In this document: in pieces, positions 1 to 11,800 of the stretch
How positions within the stretch are numbered: the stretch's first letter is position 1
Layout of the letters: every line of letters starts with the position of its first letter
Assembly: GCA_002269645.1 (NCBI GenBank)
Contig: NIVC01000920.1
Span: 124,001 to 188,000, forward strand
Length of the DNA: 64,000 nt
Direction: 5' to 3'
Origin: Macrostomum lignano
Lineage: Eukaryota
Translations under genes and position numbers: made by a program
Notes under the pieces: model-generated
The model's input: only the letters and a program-made list of their open reading frames with translations
Told to the model about the DNA's origin: nothing
The model's database searches: none

Positions 1-2
1 TC

Positions 3-2489
3 TTGCTGGCCGGAGCGAGTCCCCAGTTGGCCAGCCGTGACGGCGTCCTGCCCGATGTGATGGCTCTGGCCCAGGGCCACACACTGACTGCAAGCTTGCT
101 CGGCAAGATGCGTCCAGAACGACGAGCGATCTGCGTGGAGCAGTTGGTACCAACACAGCGCCCGCTGCCCCGCATCAAGCTCAAGGTATTCGGCGACAGC
201 GCGTCCGGCAAGACGTCGCTGATAAGCAGTCTTCGGTCCAATGCCATCACCGGTTTCTTTAGGAAAAAGTTTAAAAGCCAGGACGAGGCGAACAGCCTTG
301 ACGAGGAAAGCCAGACGTTCTCTATGCGGTCTAGAACTATGCCTGTGGAGATGAACTTCGAAGCGGCTCACGAGGCTTATACAAAAGGAATCTATGTCCA
401 GAATGTTGGAATCACAGGAGCTGGAGAGTTTTCCGTTTGGGAGTTCTCAGGCTATCAGCCGTACTACCTTTTCTATGATCACTTCATCGGTGACACGTCT
501 TGCGTGCACTTAATATTATTAAACCTGATGGACAGTTTTGAGTTGATGCGCCAGAAAGTCATGTTCTGGGTGCACTTCGTCATGGGTCGCATTCCAGCCA
601 GGGAACCGCTGGGTTCTGTGGCAAGCCGAAGAGCATGGCTCGAATTGTCCTGGTGGGCACGCACAGCGACCGCGCCGCGGGACTGCGAAACCCGAGGGTC
701 TGCTGGAGAATCGCGACGCCGATCGCATCCTAGAGGAGGTGCTTGCGCTGACGCGCTACCGACTGGAAGTTTGCGATCGAGTATTCGTTGTAAACACTAG
801 CGAAGCGATGTCACCGGAAATGAAAGCCCTGCGCAGCCAGCTCGGAGACTGGCGCACCGAAATTCTGCGGCATTTGCCGTTTTCTAATGGTTTCTTAGAC
901 GTCGTCATTAGCCGCATCTCCGAGTGGGTTTGCAGCACCCAGTTTCCCGTATATACTTGGCAGCAGTTCGTGGAAACTGTCCGTAATAAGGTCAACCCAT
1001 TGTGCAGCGAGGACCACCTAAAGGACCTGATCCAGGAGCTGCAGTACACAGGGGAGGTCATCTATCTCGAGTCCGACGCAGGTCACGATATGATCGTGCT
1101 CAGCCCGCAGTGGCTGTGCTCCAGTGTTCTCGGCTTTCTTCTTTCGCAGGACAACATCTCTCAGGCGCGAGTCACTGGCAGCTTCACGGCGGACGACATT
1201 CAGTTCATGATTGCTGGCACCGAGGCCAATCAACTGCTGCGAATTCTGATTGCCCTTGATCTTTGCACACAGGTCGAAGTCGAAGATGAGGTCCAGTACG
1301 AGTTCCCCTGCCTAAACTTTCTTGACAGTGTCCGCGGCCTCTGGGAGAAGGAGCCACGCCACGACGCGTCAGTCTACGCTGGCATGCAGATGCGGGCGAC
1401 CAAGTCGCAGCTGGTGCACATTTTCCCTCGCCTGCAGTGCAGCCTGAGACGCAGCCTCAAAGTGGACAAAGAGGACGAGCAACATTCGCCGGTGCTTAGC
1501 GAAGCTGATCTGTTCCAGTGGCACCACGGCTCCAAGCTGTCACTGGCCGGTGTTGAGTGCATGCTGCGAATGGAGGAATGCGATCAGGTTAGTTTTGTCT
1601 TAAGGCATTGATACGCTGTATGAGCGTATAATTTATGCTCCTATGAGCACTTCAAGTTTTTCATGTACATTTCGAACTATCTGACCTGAAGCCTTTACCG
1701 TTCAAACAGGTTATCCGCCTTCGAGCTCGAGGACCTCGTCAACAGCTGCCGCTGCTGTTCGGCATCTACCAGGATATGGTCAATCTGATCGAGCAGACAA
1801 TTGAGGACACCTGCCCCAGCATGGAGTACGAGGTGTCCGTCCTGAGCCCTAAGGAGCTTCGTAATCATTCCAAGGTGGCGATTGCAGTGCCCCAAGGAGT
1901 GATTTTTCGTGCCATTGAGGACCAGCGGAACAGCGCGCCCTCCTCATCCGAGGTGATGGTGAACTTCGAGAACGGCCTCGTCCTGGAGAGCCTGGAGAGC
2001 CTTCTGTGCTTCGGCAACCGACAGCTGCTGACCCAGCTCACCCTGGGCCCGGATTTGCACCTGTCGTGTCTGAGGACGCCGTCCTTCCAGCGTCTGTGCA
2101 GCATGTTCGATCCGGTTGACCCTCTGGGCAAGGACTGGTGCCTGCTAGCCGTCAGGCTGGGCATGACGCACAGCGTCCCAAATATCGACAGCGGCAACGA
2201 GTGGCTGCGGAGTCGCACAGCTAAAATCCTAGACGAATGGGGCAAAGAGCCCGGCGGCACCATCGGGGCGCTGATCGGGATCTTCAAAGAGCTCGGACGA
2301 GCCGACGCGGCGGACTTGTTGATGGACTCGGCGCCGCTGTACCAGTACTCGCCAAACAAAGCCGACGACGCGGCTGGCGGAACCGGCACAGTCGGTGCAT
2401 CCGCTGATAGTGCAGTCGGAGCAGGCGCCGGGGCGGTTGAGTTGGATCAGGCCACGTGCGGCGGCTCGGGTTCAACTCTAAGCCGTTAA
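3..2489 (+). CDS. DAPK1: Death-associated protein kinase 1-like, 3' part (end of ankyrin region, ROC GTPase, COR, death domain); 5' end lies outside the window
   Basis: RIKLKVFGDSASGKT P-loop, SVWEFSGYQPYY ROC motif, and C-terminal death domain DPLGKDWCLLAVRLG...LGRADAADLL match DAPK1. Exons <3-1587 and 1710-2489 (GT-AG intron 1588-1709, phase 0). The frame needs +1 nt at GGG 611-613 (restores GFCGKPKSMARIVLVGTHSD) and +1 nt at CCC 691-693. Confidence 0.93.
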
Positions 2490-3589
2490 CAAATCGAGAG
2501 GCGACTTAACAAAGTCATCTTAACTCAATCTGAATTTAATTCTTATTTAAAGACGAATGCAGTTGATGGTTAACTTGTCTGTGCGTAAGAGCAAATCAAA
2601 TTGAGCGTGTTTGTATGCATGTACATGTACTTCTATCCACCTGAGGTTTTCCTACATTCGCTCCAGTAGACTGGCTCTTAGTCATCTATCGCTTTCTCCT
2701 GTAGATTCTAGAGTATTCATCATCAATCTACTATTATTCCGCTAGTGTATTCTCGATACCTACCATAAATCATTTGTGATTCAGTAAAGCAAACATTGTG
2801 ATTCATCATTCGTCCTTTTCAAGAAGCAGACTGACTATTTTGCCGATCTGTGCAATTTCATGTCGTTAGTTTTTTCGGTATCAAAACTCTGCTACACCAA
2901 CGACCTATCGCTAACTGTAATGACGCTAACGCGTATTTGTTACTTGCCTAAAACGGAATTTTTCGACAGCATTAACAACATAAAAAAACTTATGTTGAAT
3001 GTATTACTCGCAATCCTCCACTATGAGTAGTATTTGTCGCATAATATCTGTAAAGTATTTTTTCTGTCTAAACGCGAAAAACCTTCTGCATTCAGTGGAA
3101 CAACATTCTCAACTATGATAACTATGAAGTGAATTAATTATTCGAATATCGAATGTACTTTTTGTCGTCCACAAGTTTACACTTTTCTATTTCGTATTGC
3201 TTCACTTATAATACTGTAGCTGTGTGCGGCCTGTGTTAAGCCCGACGCGTTTTATCACTAGATATTATAACAAAAATCATGAAAAAGCACGGCTTTTGCT
3301 GAACGGAGTTTGTAAGGAGCTTGAAAAAACAAACTAAATAAATACGAGTAAATAAACTGTAGTATGAATATCATCATTTAAACAAAGTGAGTTTCAACAC
3401 GCTTTTTCGGAGCACACTTTTCATACCAATGGTTCGAAAATGCTCTTAAATTACAATTAAATTTAACAGTTGTGACGAATTGCTTTTTTCGAAAAGAAAC
3501 GAAATAAGAACCATTGGTGTGTATCAGCTTCTAAACTGCCTGGTTCGTCCAAGTGACCCGTTAAGTCCTTAGCGACTCAGCAGCTGGCC

Positions 3590-3760
3590 GACGAGATCAT
3601 CCGCGCCGAGTTGTACTGCCCACGCTACAGGCAACCCTACGGCTCGTAAAAGAGAGCAGAGGCGCTCACTTGGCGTTTTATCAACTGCCTGCTGGCTTGT
3701 GCCGGCTCCCCTGATTCGGTCACGCCGAAGACAGACAGCTGTGTCTACCAAAGTACATCG
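3590..3760 (+). mobile_element. Degenerate RTE-like non-LTR retrotransposon 3' fragment
   Basis: Translates as QLADEIIRAELYC... and is similar at DNA level to 35930-36060 (QLAGHIIRAESYCSQP), which resembles the RLAGHxxR C-terminal RT motif of RTE-clade LINEs. Confidence 0.4.
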
Positions 3761-3874
3761 GCACCCCGAATTTCTCGTTCCTTGATCAGGATTTTCAATG
3801 AGTATTCTTTTAAAAAAACATTGGATTTTACTGTCTTGCTTCATAGAAAAACGTTTATAAGAAGTTCCTATCCA

Positions 3875-4170
3875 TTATATATGATTGCAACTGCCTCGAT
3901 TGGGCGAGATGTACAACCGACAGCTCAGCCGCAGCCATTGCGCGGCGCATCTGAAGGCTGAGTACGGCTGTTCAGTTTAAGGACTGGGGGGGTCGCCACA
4001 CACCCTCAATTACCCCAGCTAATGCTGGGACCCACTTTACAGCTCGGTGAAGTGAAGCAATGCAGAGTTAAGTGTCTTGCTCAAGGATTCAAATTGTTCC
4101 AGTGGGATCGAGAATCGAACCCCCGACCTTCAAGTCGCAAGTCCGACGCTCTAACCACTAGGCTGCAACC
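3875..4170 (-). mobile_element. tRNA-derived SINE with CORE-like central domain (family A)
   Basis: Minus strand begins GGTTGCAGCCTAGTGGTTAGAGCG (A box) ... GGTTCGATTC (B box), then CCTTGAGCAAGACACTTAACTCT...CTGTAAAGTGGG resembling the MIR/CORE domain. Four copies in the window. Confidence 0.82.
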
Positions 4171-4201
4171 TTTCTCTTCCTATCCATGGAATAGCCATCT
4201 A

Positions 4202-4405
4202 CTTAGTCCTATCCTAGTCCTATCCTTAGTCCTATCCTTAGTCCTATCCTTAGTCCTATCCTTAGTCCTATCCTTAGTCCTATCCTTAGTCCTATCCTTA
4301 GTCCTATCCTTAGTCCTATCCTTAGTCCTATCCTTAGTCCTATCCTTAGTCCTATCCTTAGTCCTATCCTTAGTCCTATCCTTAGTCCTATCCTTAGTCC
4401 TATCC
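4202..4405. repeat. 12-bp minisatellite (CTTAGTCCTATC)n, ~17 copies
   Basis: Near-perfect tandem units read directly. Confidence 0.97.
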
Positions 4406-5861
4406 GCCTTTGGGTAGAGCAGCTCAGTGAAAAACGCGTCTGACCCCTGGAATTCCGTGTAAGGCCACACATTCATTTGGAGCTTGTGCACAAAAAATTG
4501 ACCGGGGATTGTCGTAATATTTTTTAGTGTTCACCCTGGTGAGCAGGTGAATGAGTAAGTACCTGAGTACAGTAACTGCCGCGCTCTTGTATGTGCTCAG
4601 GACTCAGGAGTCAAGCGGAAAGGTCAGAGTTGCCTCACCGCAATTCTCAGTTTAGCATTGAGCCCCATCAACTGTGCGTCGGTTTTAAGTGCTGTTTTAT
4701 AGCATTTTGCTACTCTGATCACCCGAAGGGCCAAATTCCGTAAAAAGCTGCAATATGCCGTAAATTAGTTGCACGCCACTGGGTATTTTTGTAACCCTCA
4801 AAACAGACAATAGGTGCTTAGATTTGGCCAGGATGTTCACCATTTTTATCGTCGGTGCTGCGATAAAAAACGGCATTGATAATGCGGCACGAGCCACCGT
4901 GGACGCCTGATCCGGATCAAGATTTATGAAGCTCTCACGATCCGATGGCGCATTCGAGATTGGGTCCCTGTCGAGCTGTTCCAAGTACGGACAAGGGAGG
5001 ACGGGGTTTGGCAGGGAGCGGACGCGGAAGAAGGGAAAGTAGGTTTAGCCGGGGCCTGATCGATGGCGCTGGCCCAAATCAGCAGTGATTAGTGTCTGAT
5101 TGCCAGTTAATTGAACGGAAGTCAAACTGAGATAGGAAAAAAAGGATAGAGAGATGGGAATATAGATGGAGCGGAGAGTCTGCGTGGGGGGAAGAGAGCC
5201 AGGAGAAGTGAAGTGCCCGCTGACTGCAGTCTCAGAGTGGCGAAGCTGTGGGCCAACTTCTGTCAGAGAGCGTCGCCGAGTGGGGGGAGCGAATTTTTTT
5301 CTCCTATCGCTAAGTAACTGACTGGCTGGTTGGGAGGCTTCTCCTGGGAGGTGGCGGCTCGCCCAGCACCGGATGAACGAAGTTAGCCGTGCGACTGATT
5401 TGGCAAGAAACGAATAAAGAGCCAGAAGGAACCCTGATGATGAGCTGGCGATGAAGATGGAGGTGTTGAAGAGTCTGGAGAGGCTGTGGGAAGACGTGTC
5501 GAAATCGGATGTCGAGAAGCGACTGCCAGCAAATATTGAGTGGAGTTCGCGGCCTTCCAGCTGCAGGAAATAAAGGCTGCTTTTGCCGCTTCCGAGTTGT
5601 CAAAAAACGAGAAAGCTTTACTCGCTGGTAGTAAGACTTGAGCGATTTTTAGGTGGCGAAGAGTTCCTTAATTGCCACGGTGCTCTCTTTTAGCCAATAG
5701 CAGAAGAGGCGGAAATATCTTCCCCTCGCATCCCAATCCCTTCCTCCAGCCCGATCGACCCCAGAAATTGTGCCTATCAGCATAAAAAAGGTCTCAGACA
5801 GAGCAAAGCTCAACTTTTTGCTGCTTTAGCTGGCAAGAAATTGCTGGAGCAGGAGAAACAA

Positions 5862-8800
5862 ATGCAAAAATTTGCCATTTTTCTGCTCATCGTCCAATTC
5901 GTCCTGCTGCCTCGCTGCTTTCATGGCCTCAGGCGACAGTTTCAGCATCAGCTGCAGCAACAGTCTGTCAAGGAGGTCCTTGCCGGATCATTAGTGAGGC
6001 TGCCGTGTCCCAGCGGTCGTAACATTGTCACCCCGAGTAAGACGCACCAGCAGCAGTTGCAGCAACGCCTCCCGCGGATCCAAACTCAATTGTTGTACGG
6101 TGAGAACTCCAAGAAACAGGTTCTACTGACTCGCTGGTCTCGAGTTGGCGATGATGCAGCAGTCTATGGTGTTGACGGCGCTGAGTCAGCAGCAGCAAAC
6201 GGAGCGCCGTTCGAGCGAAGGCGAGTTTTTTGGTCTGACGGTGGCGTTAAAATCGAGGATGTCCGCCCGGCCGACCAGGGTGTGTACGAGTGCCGCCTGA
6301 GCGTGGAGGCGCCACCGCCAAGGTCGGGTCAGCCGTTCGATGGGCAGCAGCCGATTGAGTTTGTGAAGTCAATGGCGGCGGTTTACTATGTGTTCGTGTT
6401 TGGTGAGTCTGGTTTGTAGTTGGAGTCTCTTGAGCAGCTCGAGAAAAGTGAACGGTTTTATGTTTAGCTTACAACTCTATATGCGACAGAAATTACCTGT
6501 CATCACTTAATTAATGTTAAACTAAGTTAGCTAAAATAGAAGAGGGGAGACAGGGAAAGATAGAGAAAATGAGAGAGGTGAGAGAGGGGAGAAAGGAGAG
6601 AAGAGAGAGAGAGAGGGAGAGAGGGGAAGAGAGCGAGGGAGAGAGGGGAAGGGTGAGAGGGAGAGAGGGGAAGAGAGCGAGGGAGAGAGGGGAAGAGAGC
6701 GAGGGAGAGAGGGGAAGGGAGAGAGGGGGAGAGGGGAAGAGAGCGAGGGAGAGAGGGGAAGAGAGCGAGGGAGAGAGGGGAAGGGAGAGAGGGGGAGAGG
6801 GGAAGAGACCGAGGGAGAGAGGGGAAGAGAGCGAGGGAGAGAGGGGAAGGGAGAGAGGGGGAGAGGGGAAGAGAGCGAGGGAGAGAGGGGAAGAGAGCGA
6901 GGGTGAGAGGGGAAGGGAGAGAGGGGGAGAGGGGAAGAGAGCGAGGGAGAGAGGGGAAGGGAGAGAGGGGGAGAGGGGAAGGGAGAGAGGGGGAGAGGGG
7001 AAGAGAGCGAGGGAGAGAGGGGAAGAGAGCGAGGGAGAGAGGGGAAGGGAGAGAGGGAGAGAGGGGAAGGGAGAGAGGGGGAGAGGGGAAGGGAGAGAGG
7101 GAGAGAGGGGAAAGGAGAGAGGGAGAAAGGGGAAGGGAGAGAGGGAAAGAGGGGAAGAGAGCGAGGGAGAGAGGGGAAGAGAGCGAGGGAGAGAGGGGAA
7201 GAGAGAGAGGGGGAGAGGGGAAAGGAGAGAGGGAGAGAGGGGAAGGGTGAGAGGGAGAGAGGGGAAGAGAGAGAGGGGGAGAGGGGAAGGGAGAGAGGGA
7301 GAGAGGGGAAAGGAGAGAGGGAGAGAGAGGAAAGGAGAGAGGGAGAGAGGGGAAAGGAGAGAGGGAGAGAGGGGAAAGGAGAGAGGGAGAAAGGGGAAGG
7401 GAGAGAGGGGGAAAGGGGAAAGGAGAGAGGGAGAAAGGGGAAGGGAGAGAGGGAGAGAGGGGAAAGGAGAGAGGGAGAAAGGGGAATGGAGAGCTAGCCA
7501 ATGAAGCAGGGCACACATGGGTAAAACATGGAGACAAAAAATTATAATAGCAAGAGAGAGAACATTTAGAGAACTCTGACGGCATTTCACTGAGTAATAC
7601 TGAAGAAATCGAGCCACGAGGAGAGAGGCAGCACGAGACGAAGAAAAAGAGGCCGAGAGGCAAGGCAAGACACTCGCCGATTGATATAGAGACTTGAAAT
7701 GTCACTCTGGACACGCGTCAAAGTTTGAAGCCCCAGTTCCAAGTTATGTTTGCCAGTCGGCTCTTTATACTAGCAGTTTAGTTGGAAAATATTCAGCACC
7801 GTCTGTTCTTCACTGAACACGCGGCACTAAAAAGCCGTGTGCATATGCGCCGTTCGGTGCGCACTACACGTACCAGTGATTTCTTGTCGTCTGACCTCTG
7901 TCTAATTTCCAACAGAAATCCAAGGGCGGTCCGGCGAATGAAGGACCAAATTTGCCTTCCATTTGTCAGCCTTACGGGAAAAATTAATTTTTACAATCTT
8001 TCGAAAGCTGAGTGATCACATGCCAGCTGGTTTTCATGTTGAAGTGAACGAAGACGCGGGAGTATAAGAAGTACATGTATGTGTACTTTTACATTTTTGG
8101 CTTGGAAGGCCGTAATATCATTTCATAAATACAGTACTGGAATGGATGGCTAATCTAGCCAGCATCACTGATGAAGGAATAGAATGGATTGCTAATCTAG
8201 CCAGTGTCGTGTCGTGGCTGGCTAGCCAAACTTGAGCCGCAAATGGGCGAGAGGTTGTTATTTATTGTAGTTGGCATTGCACATAGATGTACATGCAGAT
8301 ACGAGTAAAGCATCAGCTAATAGATTAGACGGTTAGGCATAAGCGTACATTGACAGACAGAGCAGGCGGGGAGAGAGCAAGCAGTCCTAAACTCAGCGCC
8401 AATAACAATTGGGGTGCAGCCCCACACTGCGCACTTCAAGTCAAGTCACGATACAACATCCCTCATCACCAACAGGAGACAGTCGGTCTGCGACCCCTTT
8501 GGTGACCTGCAGCTTCGTCGGGCTCCGGTGTAGCTTCTGCGGTGGTGCCTGCGTCTGGCCACTGGCTATCAGGTCCGGGTTCCGGCCGCCTTCGTCAGGG
8601 TTCCGGCCGCCTTCGTCAGGGTTCCGGTGCCGTCGTCAGGGCTCCGGCCGGCATCGTCAGGGTCCCGGCCGCTGTCGTCAGTGTTGTCCGTAACTTCCGC
8701 CCGGCTTGGACTCGGACCAAGCGCAGCTGATCCCGGTGTGCCAGCACAGGCCTGTCATCCTTGTCCCGGGTGACCACGGCCGTGTTGTGGCCGGCCTGTA

Positions 8801-11800
8801 CCACAAAGCGGACGGTCTCAGCCGGCCCTGGCCGCGACTGGTAGACGAGCCGCATCGGTGTCGAATTGGAGGGTCAGCGGACTTCGCAGCTGTCGCCCCA
8901 TAAGCGCAGATGGACTGCCACGCCCGTCGCTGCGGAGTGGCCCGGTAGTTAAGCAGCAGCTTGGCGAGGTACGCGTCGAACCGGCCCTGGTGCACGGCGA
9001 AGGCCCGCAGCCCCTTCTTGACGGTCTGGACCATGCGCTCGGCGCACCCGTTTGACTGCGGATGATACGGCGGCGAGTGCATCGGCGAGCAGCCGATCTT
9101 CTTGAGCCACTCGTGCAGCTGCTGGTCACGGAACTCCGGAGCATTGTCCGCCACCAAGGTATGCGGCACACCCAGGCGGGAGAAAATCAGGCGGAGTACC
9201 TTGATGACCGTCGTCGCGCTCTTGTCGGCAACAGGCACCGCTTCCGGCCAGCCGGAGAAGGCGTCCACCACAATGAGCAGCAGGCCGAAGCCGGGAACGT
9301 GAGCATGGTCCATGTGCACGCGTCTCCAGGGACCATCTTCAGCCGGCCAGGTGTGGCACGTTCTGGCAGGCATTGGACGGATCTCCGCGCATCGCTGGCA
9401 TTGCTTGACGAAGTTTTCGACGTCCTCGCAGTGACCCGCCACCAGGCTTCCAGCTTGAGTCGATTTCTTGTTGCTAGGGCACCGGAGTCGCGTGAGCCGC
9501 TCGCAGCACGTCTTGCCGCAGCCGGCTAGGCGGGACCACCAGGTCTCTCAGGCAGACGACCCCATTCTCCACTGAGAGCTGCTGGCGGACGGCTTTATAC
9601 GGTCGCTCCGCTCCTTGTTCCACGCATTGCTGCGGATCCTGCGCTTGACAGTACTGGATTACTGGAATGGATTGCTAATCTAGCCCGGAATAGAATGGAT
9701 TGCTAATCTAGCCAGCATCACTGATAAAGGAATAGGATATGAAGGATCTGGATTGCTAATCTAGCCAGCATCACTGAATCTGGATTGCTAATCTAGCCAA
9801 CATCACTGATGCTAATCTGCTAATCTAACATCACTGATTATAATGGATTGCTAATCTAGCCAGCATCACTGATGAAGGAATAGAATGGATTGCTAATCTA
9901 GCCAGCATCACTGATGAAGGAATAGAATGGATTGCTAATCTAGCCAGCATCACTGAAGGAATAGAATGGATTGCTAATCTAGCCAGCATCACTGATGAAG
10001 GAATAGAATGGATTGCTAATCTAGCCAGCATCACTGATGAAGGAATAGAATGGATTGCTAATCTAGCCAGCATCACTGATGAAGGAATAGAATGGATTGC
10101 TAATCTAGCCAACATCACAGATGAAGGAATAGAGTGGATTGCTAATCTAGCCAACATCACAGATGAAGGAATAGAGTGGATGGCTAATCTAGCCAACATC
10201 ACAGATGAAGGAATAGAGTGGATGGCTAATCTAGCCAGCATCACAGATGAAGGAATAGAGTGGATGGCTAATCTAGCCAGCATCACTGATGAAGGAATAG
10301 AGTGGATGGCTAATCTAGCCAGCATCACTGATGAAGGAATAGAGTGGATGGCTAATCTAGCCAGCATCACTGATGAAGTAATAGAGTGGATGGCTAATCT
10401 ATCGTCTCGGCAGTAAGATCATATCAATTTAATATGCAACTAGTTAATCTCGGCTCAGATGAAGAGGATCTGAGGCTCAACTCCGTGAGATATATTGATA
10501 TCACAATGATTTTGTTTTTTTGACAGATAGTCCAGCATGGCAGACATTTTCCACTCGCTTAGCCAGTCGATTAGCAGTTTCTAATAAAGCAAGCTGGCTG
10601 TAATTTCACTCTAGGCAAGCTTCTAAAGCCTTCATTGATCGGATACTGCATGGCCGGTTTGACTGGGATGAGAGATGCGAAGTGAATGTTTCTATCGATT
10701 CCCAGAAAGCTAGCAATGGCGCTCGGGCCTGTTATCTAAGATAGTAGTTCTCCTTTGTTACAAATTGTAGTCATGCTATGCTAGTAAGCTGAGAATGGAT
10801 ATAAATTATACAGCTGGTTCTTTCTCGCTTGCATTGACTGGATTTTGAGTCTGCCGACTGCGGCTGTTCCTCACTGACTTCACGGATCTCCGCTCCCTCT
10901 CTCCACGGATCTCCGCTCCCTCTCTCCACGGATTTCCGCTCCCTCTCTCCACGGATCTCCCTCTGTCCACGGATTTCCGCTCCCTCTCTCCACGGATCTC
11001 CGCTCCCTCTCTCCACGGATCTCCGCTCCCTCTCTCCACGGATCTCCGCTCCCTCTCTCCACGGATCTCCGCTCCCTCTCTCCACGGATCTCCCTCTCTC
11101 CACGGATCTCCGCTCCCTCTCTCCACGGATCTCCGCTCCCTCTCTCCACGGATCTCCCTCTCTCCACGGATCTCCGCTCCCTCTCTCCACGGATCTCCCT
11201 CTCTCCACGGATCTCCGCTCCCTCTCTCCACGGATCTCCCTCTCTCCACGGATCTCCGCTTCCTCTCTCCACGGATCTCCCTCTCTCCACGGATCTCCGC
11301 TCCCTCTCTCCACGGATCTCCGCTCCCTCTCTCCACGGATCTCCGCTCCCTCTCTCCACGGATTTCCGCTCCCTCTCTCCACGGATCTCCCTCTGTCCAC
11401 GGATTTCCGCTCCCTCTCTCCACGGATCTCCCTCTCTCCACGGATCTCCGCTCCCTCTCTCCACGGATCTCCGCTCCCTCTCTCCACGGATCTCCGCTCC
11501 CTCTCTCCACGGATCTCCCTCTCTCCACGGATCTCCGCTCCCTCTCTCCACGGATCTCCGCTCCCTCTCTCCACGGATCTCCCTCTCTCCACGGATCTCC
11601 GCTCCCTCTCTCCACGGATCTCCCTCTCTCCACGGATCTCCGCTTCCTCTCTCCACGGATCTCCCTCTCTCCACGGATCTCCGCTCCCTCTCTCCACGGA
11701 TCTCCGCTCCCTCTCTCCACGGATCTCCGCTCCCTCTCTCCACGGATCTCCCTCTCTCCACGGATCTCCGCTCCCTCTCTCCACGGATCTCCTCTCAATC

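Noticed and set aside
4100-4170. tRNA gene
   Set aside because: The tRNA-like head lacks a full acceptor stem and continues into a SINE body present in four copies.
6517-7714. 300-400-aa ORFs (ERGE.../PLSL...)
   Set aside because: Translations of a stop-free GA/CT tract inside an intron.
9831-10416. CTGATGA in each 42-bp unit as a hammerhead ribozyme or C/D snoRNA array
   Set aside because: There is no GAAA plus stem II/III arrangement and no terminal C/D stem; the motif is part of the small palindrome CATCACTGATG.
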